Both the position numbers and the translations under genes were made by a program. Positions 14,362-22,736 of a stretch of DNA of 24,000 nucleotides are shown in pieces. Below the pieces are notes generated by a model. The model was not told the DNA's origin and did not search any database. It was given only the letters and a program-made list of their open reading frames with translations. The first letter of the stretch is position 1. Every line of letters starts with the position of its first letter. This DNA comes from Lysobacterales bacterium 15-68-25 (lineage in GTDB: Bacteria; Pseudomonadota; Gammaproteobacteria; Xanthomonadales; Rhodanobacteraceae). The stretch lies in NCBI GenBank assembly GCA_002279065.1, contig NCKB01000005.1:280727-304726 (forward strand), given 5' to 3'.

Positions 14362-14901
14362 ATGTCGGCAGTCATTCACGCCTCGGTCCAGATGGAGCTT
14401 CCGACGGAAGCCAACGCCGTGCTTCGCGCGGAGATGACTCCGCAGGCGGCGGTGCAGGCGCTGCTCGCTGCGGGCCGTTCGCAGGACGCGCTCAAGCTGC
14501 TCGCCCGCCTGTTGCCCAAGCGCTACGCGGTGGCATGGGTGTGCCAGTGCGCGCGCGAGCAGCTGCTCACCCAGGAGGATCGCGCCGGCGCCTCGCTGGC
14601 TGAGCAGTGGGTGCGCGAGCCGAGCGAGAGCAATCGGCGCGCCGCGTTCGAGTTCGCCCATGCCGGCGGCTACCGGTCGCTGGGCGCATGGATCGCCGCC
14701 ACGGCCGGCTGGTCCGGCGGCAGCCTCGCACCGGCCACGCAGGAGACGGCGGTGCCACCGCCCGAGCATCTCACCGCGCGCGCCGCGGTGGCGGCGATCA
14801 ACCTGATGGCGGCGCTGGAGCCGGCCGAATTCGATGCCCGGCGCACCGCCTTCATCGAACGCGCGGCCAACCTGTTGCAGGCCGGGGGAGGGGAGGCATG
14901 A
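14362..14901 (+). CDS. Hypothetical protein, 179 aa, T6SS-associated by position only
   Basis: GGAGG at 14352-14356 lies 5 nt before ATG 14362, and the gene starts 11 nt after the vgrG stop. It is Ala/Leu-rich and helical (LLAAGRSQDALKLLARLLPKRYAVAWVCQCAREQLL). No signal peptide or lipobox, so it is not TssJ. I cannot assign a family with confidence. Confidence 0.7.
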   Translation: MSAVIHASVQMELPTEANAVLRAEMTPQAAVQALLAAGRSQDALKLLARLLPKRYAVAWVCQCAREQLLTQEDRAGASLAEQWVREPSESNRRAAFEFAHAGGYRSLGAWIAATAGWSGGSLAPATQETAVPPPEHLTARAAVAAINLMAALEPAEFDARRTAFIERAANLLQAGGGEA

Positions 14902-14959
14902 ACCGTTGCCCCATCCTTCCCGGTCGGCCCGCCTTCCGTCACGAAGAGGAGCGCTGAGC

Positions 14960-16306
14960 GTGTCGTCGATTCCCACCCTGGTCCTGGCCGTCACCGGCGT
15001 GCATGCGGCGCAGTTCGGCGCGCGCGGACGCAAGGCCTTCGAAGGACACGACGGCAGCATCGGCCGCTCGGAGGATTGCGACTGGGTGCTGAGCGCGTCC
15101 GGCGTATCGCGCGTGCACGCGATGATCCGCTGCCTCAACGGCATCTATTTCATCGAGGATCGCAGCACCAACGGGATGCTGCTCAATGGCGTGCCGTTGA
15201 TGAAGGGCGAGCCGTCCGCGCTCAAGGACGGCGACCGCCTGCAGATCGACACCTTCGAGGTGTCGGTCAGCGTGCAGGCAGCGGGAGCTGCCGCGCCGCC
15301 CGCGCCGGTGCCGTCGCCGCAGGACGTGTTCGCCACCTCGTTGCTGCCGCCGGTCGCAGCCGTGCCGATGGGGCGCGATCCGCTGGACGACTTTCTGGAC
15401 CTGGGCCTGGGTCCGGTGTCCCGGCCGCCGGTCGATGCCGGCCTGATTCCGGACCCGGTGGCGCCGGCGGGCGGCTCGCTCGATCCGCTGAGTTTCCTCG
15501 ACGAGCCGTTCGCTCCGGTACCCGTACCGACGCCGGCCGCGCCGTCGCCGGGCTGGAACCATACGCCCGGCATGTCCGACCACTTCCATCCGCCAGCACC
15601 GGAAGGCCAGCGGGCCAGCCAGATGCTGCCGGAGAACTGGGACCTGACCATCGGCGATTTCGGCGCTCCGGCCGCTGCGCCCGCGTTCGCTCCGGCACCT
15701 GCACCGGCCCCGGCCCCGGTAGCCCCTGCGCCAGCGGCGTGGGCGCCACCGACGACGATGCCTGCCGCGCCCGCCGGCAGCCCGATGCCTGCGGACGTCC
15801 AGCAGATGCTGGCCATCGTGGTCGATGGGGTGATGGACGTGCTGCGCGCGCGCGCGGAGATCAAGAACACCTTCCGCCTGCCGGTGACGATCATCCAGCG
15901 CTCGGAGAACAACCCGCTGAAGTTCGCCCCGAACGCGGACGAGGCGCTGCAGAAGATTCTCTCGCCGCCGAACGCCGCGTTCCTGTCCGGGCCCTCCGCA
16001 TTCGACGACGCCTTCGACGACATCCGCTGCCACCAGATGGCGATGCTCGCCGGCGTCCGCGCGGCGTTCGAATCGCTGCTGGCGCATTTCAGCCCCGACC
16101 GCTTCGAGCAGGAGGCCGACGGCGGCAAGCGCTCGGCGTTCGCCGGCAAGGGGCGCTACTGGGAGAAGTACCGCGAGCATTTCGAAGGGCTGGCGAAGAA
16201 CCCCGACGAATGCTTCCGCCGCCTGTTCGGCGACGAGTTCGCGCGGGCCTACGAAGAACAGCTGGCGCGCCTGAAGTCGGCGCGCCGCAACGCCGCGCGG
16301 CGATGA
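14960..16306 (+). CDS. tagH: T6SS-associated FHA-domain protein TagH (Fha), ~448 aa
   Basis: GTG 14960 is preceded by GAAGAGGAG at 14944-14952. The FHA core is GSIGRSEDCDWVLSASGVSRVHAMIRCLNGIYFIEDRSTNGMLLNG. A Pro/Ala-rich linker follows, then a conserved TagH C-terminal region (LAIVVDGVMDVLRARAEIKNTFRLPVTIIQRSENNPLKF). Confidence 0.9.
   Translation: MSSIPTLVLAVTGVHAAQFGARGRKAFEGHDGSIGRSEDCDWVLSASGVSRVHAMIRCLNGIYFIEDRSTNGMLLNGVPLMKGEPSALKDGDRLQIDTFEVSVSVQAAGAAAPPAPVPSPQDVFATSLLPPVAAVPMGRDPLDDFLDLGLGPVSRPPVDAGLIPDPVAPAGGSLDPLSFLDEPFAPVPVPTPAAPSPGWNHTPGMSDHFHPPAPEGQRASQMLPENWDLTIGDFGAPAAAPAFAPAPAPAPAPVAPAPAAWAPPTTMPAAPAGSPMPADVQQMLAIVVDGVMDVLRARAEIKNTFRLPVTIIQRSENNPLKFAPNADEALQKILSPPNAAFLSGPSAFDDAFDDIRCHQMAMLAGVRAAFESLLAHFSPDRFEQEADGGKRSAFAGKGRYWEKYREHFEGLAKNPDECFRRLFGDEFARAYEEQLARLKSARRNAARR
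15664..15750 (+). repeat. Pro/Ala-rich low-complexity linker inside tagH
   Basis: It encodes APAAAPAFAPAPAPAPAPVAPAPAAWAPP. Similar P/A tracts occur at the tssL N-terminus (about 17850-18000) and in the tagF extension (about 23515-23600). These are disordered linkers, not a nucleotide repeat element. Confidence 0.6.
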
Positions 16307-16331
16307 CATTTCAGACACGGGCATCGATCCG

Positions 16332-17672
16332 ATGACGCAAAACAACAAAGTGGTTTGGAGCGAAGGCCTGTTCCTGCGGCCGCAGCACCTGCAGCAGAAC
16401 GAACGCTACCTGGAGCGCTTCGTCGAGCTGCGTGCCGGTGCGCTGCGGCCGTACAGCTACGGCTTCACCGAACTGGAACTGGAGGCCGACCTGCTGGCGG
16501 TGGGCAAGCTGGGCATCAAGCGGGCGCGGGGCGTGCTGCCGGACGGCACGCCGTTCGCGATGCCTTCCGACGATCCGCTGCCGCCGCCGCTGGAGGTCGA
16601 CGCCAACTGGCGCGACCAGACCATCTACCTGACGCTGCCGCTGCGCTCGCCGACCCAGCCGGACAGTGGCCGGCCCGAGGCGCCCGCGGAGAAGCTGTTC
16701 CGCTTCCGCGTGCGCGAGGCCGAGGTGCGCGATGCGTCGGGCAGCACCGACGGCACCGCGGTGCTGGAGGTTGGTGGCATGACCAGCCGGTTGCTGCCCG
16801 AGTCGCAGCCGCTGGAGGGCCTGACCCGGCTGCCGCTGGCACGCGTGGTGGAGTGCCGCTCCGACCGCCGGGTGATGCTCGACGAGGGCTTCATGCCGAC
16901 CGGCCTGCGCTGCGAGGCGGTGCCGCGGCTGGTGACCTTCCTCACCGAACTGCTCGGTCTGCTGCACCAGCGTGGCGAAGCATTGGCGAGTCGCGTGGCG
17001 CTGACCGACCGCGGCGGCGCGGCCGAGATCGCCGACTTCCTGCTGCTGCAGGTGGTCAACCGCTACCAGCCGCTGGTTGCCCACCTGGCCGAGGCCCCGC
17101 TGGCGCATCCGGAGGAGCTGTACCGGCTGATGGTGGCGATGGCCGGCGAGCTGGCCACGTTCACCGCGCCGGGCAAGCGGCCGCCGGCATTCCCGGCGTA
17201 TCGCCACGAGGCGCTGCGCGAGAGCTTCGAGCCGGTGATCGCCGCGCTGCGTACCAGCCTCAGTGCGGTGATGGAGCAGACCGCGCTGGCGATCCCGCTG
17301 CAGCAGCGCAAGTTCGGCGTGTGGGTGGCAGTGGTGCCCGATCTATCGTTGCTCGACACCGCCGCCTTCGTGCTGGCGGCCAAGGCCGACCTGAAGTCCG
17401 AAGAGCTGCGCCGGCAGTTGCCGGCGGTCTCCAAGATCGGCCCGGTCGAGAAGATCCGCGACCTGGTCAACCTGCAGTTGCCGGGCATCGGGCTGACGCC
17501 GATGCCGGTGGCACCGCGGCAGATTCCCTACAACGCGGGCTACCTGTACTTCGAGTTCGACCGGCACTCGCCGATGTGGCGGGAGCTGAAGACCTCCGGC
17601 GGCATCGCGTTCCATTTCGGCAGCGAGTTCGCCGGACTCGACCTGCAACTCTGGGCGATCCGGGGAGGGTGA
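16332..17672 (+). CDS. tssK: T6SS baseplate protein TssK, 446 aa
   Basis: The N-terminus MTQNNKVVWSEGLFLRPQHLQQNERYLERFVE is the canonical TssK start (VxWxEGxxLxPQHxQQ). The length is typical. Confidence 0.95.
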   Translation: MTQNNKVVWSEGLFLRPQHLQQNERYLERFVELRAGALRPYSYGFTELELEADLLAVGKLGIKRARGVLPDGTPFAMPSDDPLPPPLEVDANWRDQTIYLTLPLRSPTQPDSGRPEAPAEKLFRFRVREAEVRDASGSTDGTAVLEVGGMTSRLLPESQPLEGLTRLPLARVVECRSDRRVMLDEGFMPTGLRCEAVPRLVTFLTELLGLLHQRGEALASRVALTDRGGAAEIADFLLLQVVNRYQPLVAHLAEAPLAHPEELYRLMVAMAGELATFTAPGKRPPAFPAYRHEALRESFEPVIAALRTSLSAVMEQTALAIPLQQRKFGVWVAVVPDLSLLDTAAFVLAAKADLKSEELRRQLPAVSKIGPVEKIRDLVNLQLPGIGLTPMPVAPRQIPYNAGYLYFEFDRHSPMWRELKTSGGIAFHFGSEFAGLDLQLWAIRGG

Positions 17673-17838
17673 GTCGGACCATGACTTCCCTCAGCACCGC
17701 GTTGCCGTCGAGCGGCCACGGCCCTGCCGTATCGGAGCGGCCCCCGCTCGCACGCCACGCCATGTCGTCCCCCTTCATGGGTGCACGCGCCCGCTGCCCG
17801 CGGCGCGGGGCATCCGCAAGCCACTCGCAGGCCCAGCC

Positions 17839-19197
17839 ATGAACACGCCGAACGGTCCCGGCTATCCGCCCGGTTATCCGCCGGTGCCCGATGACGCCAC
17901 CATCGTGCGTCCGCGCGGCACCCAGCCTCCGGCTCCAGCGCCTGCGCCCTATGCGCCGCCGCCGGCAGCTCCCTCCCATGCGCCTGCTCCATCGGCGCCG
18001 CGGGCCGACATCAGCGAGTTCCTCGGTGGCGGCATGAATCCGCTGGTGCAGGCCGCTGCGCCGCTGCTGCTGCTGGGCGTGCAGCTGCGCCACAGCGCGT
18101 CGCCTCCCGATGCCACGCACCTGCGCGAGCAGGTGATCACCCAGGTACGCCGGTTCGAGAGCCATGCCAACGCCGCCGGGCTGCCGGTGCAGACGGTCAC
18201 CGCCGCGCGCTACGTGCTTTGCGCGATGCTCGACGAGTCGGTACTCAACGCGCCCTGGGGCGAGCAGAGCGGCTGGGCGCAGAAGACCCTGCTGGTGACC
18301 TTCCACGGCGAGTCGTATGGCGGCGCCAAGTTCTTCCAGATCCTGGAGCGGCTGTGCGCCGACTTCAGCCGCCACATCGACCTGATCGAGCTGATGTACC
18401 TGTGCCTGGCACTGGGCTTCGGCGGCCGTTACCAGATCGAGGCGGGCGGCCGTGCCAAGCTGGCCGACATCCAGGAAGACATCTACCGCCGGATCCGCGT
18501 GCAGCGCACGGCGCCGGCCGAGGAGCTGGCCCCGCGCTGGCGCGGCATCGAGGATCGGCGCAACCCGCTGATCCGCTACGTGCCGTTGTGGGTGGTCGTG
18601 GCGGCGGCTGCCTGCGTGCTGCTGGTGGCGTTCCTGTTCTTCTTCACGCGGCTCAACGGCCTGGCCGCGCCGGCCAGCGCGCAGATCGCGCAGATCGGCA
18701 TGGAGGGCGCCACGCCGCCCGATACCACGCGCCTGAACCAGGCCAGGCCGCCGGCGCCGCACAAGACGCTCAAGGAACTGCTGGCGCCGGAAGCGCAGGC
18801 CGGTCGGCTCGAAGTGATCGACCAGAGCGACGGCAGCGAGCTGGTGCGCCTGAGCGGCTCGGACATGTTCGCCTCCGGCGGCGTGGACGTGAGCCCGGGC
18901 GAGATTCCGCTGCTGCACCAGATCACCGCCGCACTGAACCAGGTGCCGGGCCGGGTGATCGTGGTCGGCCACACCGACGACCAGCCGATCCACTCGCTGC
19001 GCTTCAAGGACAACTTCGAGCTGTCCGCGGCGCGCGCGCGCGCGGTGGTGCTGATCCTCGGCCAGGGCCTGGACAACCCGGCGCGGCTGGAGTCCAGCGG
19101 CGCCGGCTCGTCGCAGCCGATCGCGCTGCCACCGAACCTGCCGGCGAACCGCATGCGCAACCGTCGCGTCGAAATCAAGTACATCCCGGAGGGCTGA
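17839..19197 (+). CDS. tssL: T6SS membrane-complex protein TssL (DotU family) with C-terminal OmpA/MotB-type peptidoglycan-binding domain, 452 aa
   Basis: The layout is a Pro-rich N-terminus and a DotU core (NPLVQAAAPLLLL...ARYVLCAMLDESVLNAPWG...LIELMYLCLALGFGGRY). One TM segment follows (VPLWVVVAAAACVLLVAFLFFF). The OmpA-like end reads VIVVGHTDDQPI...FKDNFELSAARARAVV...NRRVEI. Confidence 0.92.
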   Translation: MNTPNGPGYPPGYPPVPDDATIVRPRGTQPPAPAPAPYAPPPAAPSHAPAPSAPRADISEFLGGGMNPLVQAAAPLLLLGVQLRHSASPPDATHLREQVITQVRRFESHANAAGLPVQTVTAARYVLCAMLDESVLNAPWGEQSGWAQKTLLVTFHGESYGGAKFFQILERLCADFSRHIDLIELMYLCLALGFGGRYQIEAGGRAKLADIQEDIYRRIRVQRTAPAEELAPRWRGIEDRRNPLIRYVPLWVVVAAAACVLLVAFLFFFTRLNGLAAPASAQIAQIGMEGATPPDTTRLNQARPPAPHKTLKELLAPEAQAGRLEVIDQSDGSELVRLSGSDMFASGGVDVSPGEIPLLHQITAALNQVPGRVIVVGHTDDQPIHSLRFKDNFELSAARARAVVLILGQGLDNPARLESSGAGSSQPIALPPNLPANRMRNRRVEIKYIPEG

Positions 19198-19201
19198 GCT
19201 C

Positions 19202-22200
19202 GTGAAGAAGGTGCTTTCCCTGCTCAAGTCCGGCTGGTTCATCGCCCTGGTCGGCCTGCTGCTGCTGTCGCTGCTGATCTGGCTCGGCGGACCGTACCTG
19301 GGCATCGGCGACAGCCAGCCGCTGGCCAGCCCGGTGACACGGCTGGTGGTGATCATCGTGCTGCTGGTGATCTGGGGCGTGGTGCTGCAGATCCAGCAGA
19401 TGCGCCTGCGCAGCAAGACCGCGCAGATGTCCGGCGACCTGGCCCACCAGGACGGTGGCGCAGCGGCCCCGGCTCCGGCCGGCGACGACCGCAGCGCGAA
19501 CGAGCGCGCGCAACTGGCCACCCGCTTCCAGGAGGCGGTGGACACGCTGCGCAAGCGACGCCATGGCGGCGGCAACCTGTACACGCTGCCGTGGTACGTG
19601 GTGATCGGTCCGCCCGGCTCGGGCAAGAGCACGCTGCTGCAGAACTCGGGGTTGAACTTCCCGTTGTCCGACCGCTTCGGCAATGAGGCGCTGCGCGGCA
19701 TCGGCGGGACCCGCAACTGCGACTGGTGGTTCACCGAGGAGGCGGTGTTCCTCGATACCGCCGGGCGCTACACCACGCAGGATTCCGACCGCCAGGCCGA
19801 CGCCTCGGCCTGGGGCGAGTTCCTCAAGCTGCTGCGCAGGTACCGCAAGCGCCGGCCGATCAACGGCGTGCTGATCGCGATGAGCATGTCCGATCTGCTG
19901 GTGCTGGACGACCATGCCCGCCAAGAGCACGTGCAGGCGGTGCGGCGCCGGCTGGACGAACTGGCCGAGCATCTGCGCATCGGCGTGCCGGTGTACCTGG
20001 TGCTGACCAAGTGCGATCTGGTGGCAGGCTTCAGCGAGTTCTTCGACGACTTCTCGCCGGAGCTGCGCGGCCAGGTCTGGGGCATGTCCTTCCCGGTCGC
20101 CAAGACCATGGACGGCAGTGCCGCGAAGGCCTTCGCCGACGAGTTCCAGTTGCTGCTCGACCGGCTCAACACGCGGGTGCTCGAGCGCGTGCACGCCGAG
20201 CCGGACCGCATGCGCCGCGCCGCGATCCTGTCGTTCCCGCAGCAACTGGCGGCGCTGCGCGACACGGCGCGGCAGTTCGTCGAGGGCGTGTTCGCGCCGA
20301 ACCCGTACGGCAGCCCGACGCTGCTGCGCGGCGTCTACCTCACATCCGGTACGCAGGAAGGCACGCCCATCGACCGCATGATGAGCGCGGTGGCACGCAC
20401 CTTCGGCGTGGACGCGGCGCGGGTGCAGGCCAAGGGCGCGCAGCAGCGCACCTTCTTCGTCGAAAGGCTGCTCAAGGACGTGCTGTTCAAGGAGTCCGGC
20501 TTTGCCGGCACCAATCCGAAGCTGGAGCGGCAGAAGATTCTCCTGCAGGCAGCGGCCTACACCGGCGTGCTGCTGCTGACCGGCCTGCTGTTCGCCGGCA
20601 TGGCGATCAGCTACGGGCGCAACCGTACCTACCTGGACAATGTGCAGAAGGCGCTGGCGGCCTACCCGGCGAAGACCTCGCTGGATGGCGCGCCGACGCA
20701 GAAGGCCTATTTCGCGCTCGTGCTCGAGCGGCTGGAAGGACTGGGCGCAGTGAGCGGCGTGGCCGAGCAGTACCGCGGCCATGTGCCCTGGCTGATGCGC
20801 TTCGGGCTGTACCAGGGCCATGCCGTGGGTGGCGAGGTGCACGATGCCTACCTGCGCGAGCTCAACGGCCTGCTGCTGCCGGGTGTCGCCTCGCAGTTCC
20901 GCGCCGGGCTCAGCGCCAGTGCCGGCGACCCGCAGGCGCTGTACTACTACCTCAAGGGTTACCTGATGCTCGGCGAGCCGAAGCATCGCGATCCCGGCCA
21001 GCTCGTCGCGCTGACCGACCTGGAGTGGCCCAAGGTCTTCCCCGGCGACACGGTGCTGCAGGACGCGATCGCCAGGCACTTCAAGGCGCTGGTGGACGAA
21101 CCGGACCGGATGCGTGCCGTCTCGCTCGACAAGGACCTGGTCGAGCAGGCGCGGGCGACCCTGCGCACGGCCGACCTGTCCTCGCTGGTCTACGGCAGCA
21201 TGAAGCTGTCGGGTGCGGCCTCCGATGCCCCGCCGCTGCAACTGGACAAGGCGCTGGGCCTGCTCGGCAACGTGTTCCGTCGCAAGAGCGGTACGCCGCT
21301 GTCGGCTCCGCTGCCGGCCCTGTTCACCCAGCCGGTGTTCGCCGAGGAGGTGAACAAGGGCATCGCCCAGGCCGTGGACAACTTCGCCAAGGACGACTGG
21401 GTGTTCGGTGCCAGCGGCATCGATGCCCTCGGCAAGGCGCGCCTGCAGCAGCAGGTGCTCGGGCTGTACCAGACCGATTACATCAAGGCCTGGGATGACC
21501 TGCTGAACGACCTGCAGCTGCAACCCATCGCCAGCATCCAGGACGCCAGCGCGATCGCCGCCAAGCTGGCCGGTCCCAGCTCGCCGTTGAAGGCGCTGCT
21601 CGGCGTGGTCCGCGACAACACCCGCGACCTGCTGCGCGCACCGGCAGAGGACGGAGCCGACAAGGCGTTGGCTGCAGCGAAGAAGGCCGCCGAGAAAAAG
21701 GCGGCGCAGAGCGCGCTGAGCCGCGCGCTGGCGGCGGCCGCGGGCTCGGCGCCGGCCGCCCCGGCGGCCCGGCCGGGCGACGCGATCAGCGAGCACTTCG
21801 ATGCGCTCGACAAGCTCAGCGAGGGCGCGCCGGGCGCCGCGCCGATCGATCAGACGCTGGCCACGCTCGACCAGCTCAGCAAGACGCTGCTGACGATGAC
21901 CGACTTCAGCAACGCCGCCGGCCAGCCCAATCCGCAGCTGCTGCTGGCGCAGCAGGCGGCGGCGCAGTTGCCGCCGCCGGTCTCCGGCTGGGTCGCCGCA
22001 CTCACCGGCAAGAGCCAGGCGCTGGTGGTCAGCGGTACCAAGGGCGCGCTGGACGACCAGTTCCAGCAGGCGGTGGCCAAGGACTGCGCCGATTTCACGC
22101 GCGGACGCTATCCGTTCGCGCCGAACGGCCGCTCGGAGATCCCGATCCAGAACTTCGCCGAGCTGTTCGGCTACGGCGGCGAGTTCGACAGCTTCTACAA

Positions 22201-22732
22201 GCAGACGCTGGAAAAGCTGGTCGATGCCAGCGGGCGCACCTGGCAGTGGAAGACTGGTCCGGGTGCGGTCAGCGGCTCGCCCGGCATGCTGGCGCAGATG
22301 CAACTGGCCGACGCGATCAAGCAGGCCTTCTTCCGCAACGGCAGTCCCACGCCCGAAGTCGGCTTCACCTGGCTGGCGCCGCAGCTGGACGCGGGCATCG
22401 GCAAGCTGGTGATCCAGGTCGACGGGCAGAAGTACGAGTACGCGCCCGGTGGCTCGACCAGTGCCGCGATGAAATGGCCGGGACCACAACCGGGCCAGGT
22501 CTCGGTGAGTGCCTACGATGCCGGTGGCAACCTGATCAGCAGCGTGGACTACCAGGGCGACTGGGCGTTCTTCCGCGCGCTGCAGGCGGCGCACCTGACG
22601 AAGCAGTCCGACCTGCGCTACACCGCCACTTTCCGCTTCGGCAGCCAGAGCGCCCGCGTGACGCTGCAGGCGGCCAACCTGAAGAACCCGTTCCTCGACT
22701 CCGACGTACAGCGTTTCCGTTGCGGGGGTTGA
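19202..22732 (+). CDS. tssM: T6SS membrane-complex protein TssM (IcmF family), 1176 aa
   Basis: GTG start 4 nt after the tssL stop. N-terminal TM helices are present (WFIALVGLLLLSLLIWL, LVVIIVLLVIWGVVL). Walker A is GPPGSGKST, followed by VFLDTAGR. The size is typical of IcmF. Confidence 0.96.
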   Translation: MKKVLSLLKSGWFIALVGLLLLSLLIWLGGPYLGIGDSQPLASPVTRLVVIIVLLVIWGVVLQIQQMRLRSKTAQMSGDLAHQDGGAAAPAPAGDDRSANERAQLATRFQEAVDTLRKRRHGGGNLYTLPWYVVIGPPGSGKSTLLQNSGLNFPLSDRFGNEALRGIGGTRNCDWWFTEEAVFLDTAGRYTTQDSDRQADASAWGEFLKLLRRYRKRRPINGVLIAMSMSDLLVLDDHARQEHVQAVRRRLDELAEHLRIGVPVYLVLTKCDLVAGFSEFFDDFSPELRGQVWGMSFPVAKTMDGSAAKAFADEFQLLLDRLNTRVLERVHAEPDRMRRAAILSFPQQLAALRDTARQFVEGVFAPNPYGSPTLLRGVYLTSGTQEGTPIDRMMSAVARTFGVDAARVQAKGAQQRTFFVERLLKDVLFKESGFAGTNPKLERQKILLQAAAYTGVLLLTGLLFAGMAISYGRNRTYLDNVQKALAAYPAKTSLDGAPTQKAYFALVLERLEGLGAVSGVAEQYRGHVPWLMRFGLYQGHAVGGEVHDAYLRELNGLLLPGVASQFRAGLSASAGDPQALYYYLKGYLMLGEPKHRDPGQLVALTDLEWPKVFPGDTVLQDAIARHFKALVDEPDRMRAVSLDKDLVEQARATLRTADLSSLVYGSMKLSGAASDAPPLQLDKALGLLGNVFRRKSGTPLSAPLPALFTQPVFAEEVNKGIAQAVDNFAKDDWVFGASGIDALGKARLQQQVLGLYQTDYIKAWDDLLNDLQLQPIASIQDASAIAAKLAGPSSPLKALLGVVRDNTRDLLRAPAEDGADKALAAAKKAAEKKAAQSALSRALAAAAGSAPAAPAARPGDAISEHFDALDKLSEGAPGAAPIDQTLATLDQLSKTLLTMTDFSNAAGQPNPQLLLAQQAAAQLPPPVSGWVAALTGKSQALVVSGTKGALDDQFQQAVAKDCADFTRGRYPFAPNGRSEIPIQNFAELFGYGGEFDSFYKQTLEKLVDASGRTWQWKTGPGAVSGSPGMLAQMQLADAIKQAFFRNGSPTPEVGFTWLAPQLDAGIGKLVIQVDGQKYEYAPGGSTSAAMKWPGPQPGQVSVSAYDAGGNLISSVDYQGDWAFFRALQAAHLTKQSDLRYTATFRFGSQSARVTLQAANLKNPFLDSDVQRFRCGG

Positions 22733-22736
22733 CGCC

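Noticed and set aside
17681-17842. A 53-aa ORF in the 166-nt tssK-tssL gap, whose TGA overlaps the tssL ATG (ATGA).
   Set aside because: It is simply the tail of the long shadow frame 16355..17842 that runs through all of tssK. The peptide is Pro/Ser/Ala/Arg-rich with no features. The ATGA overlap is likely coincidental.
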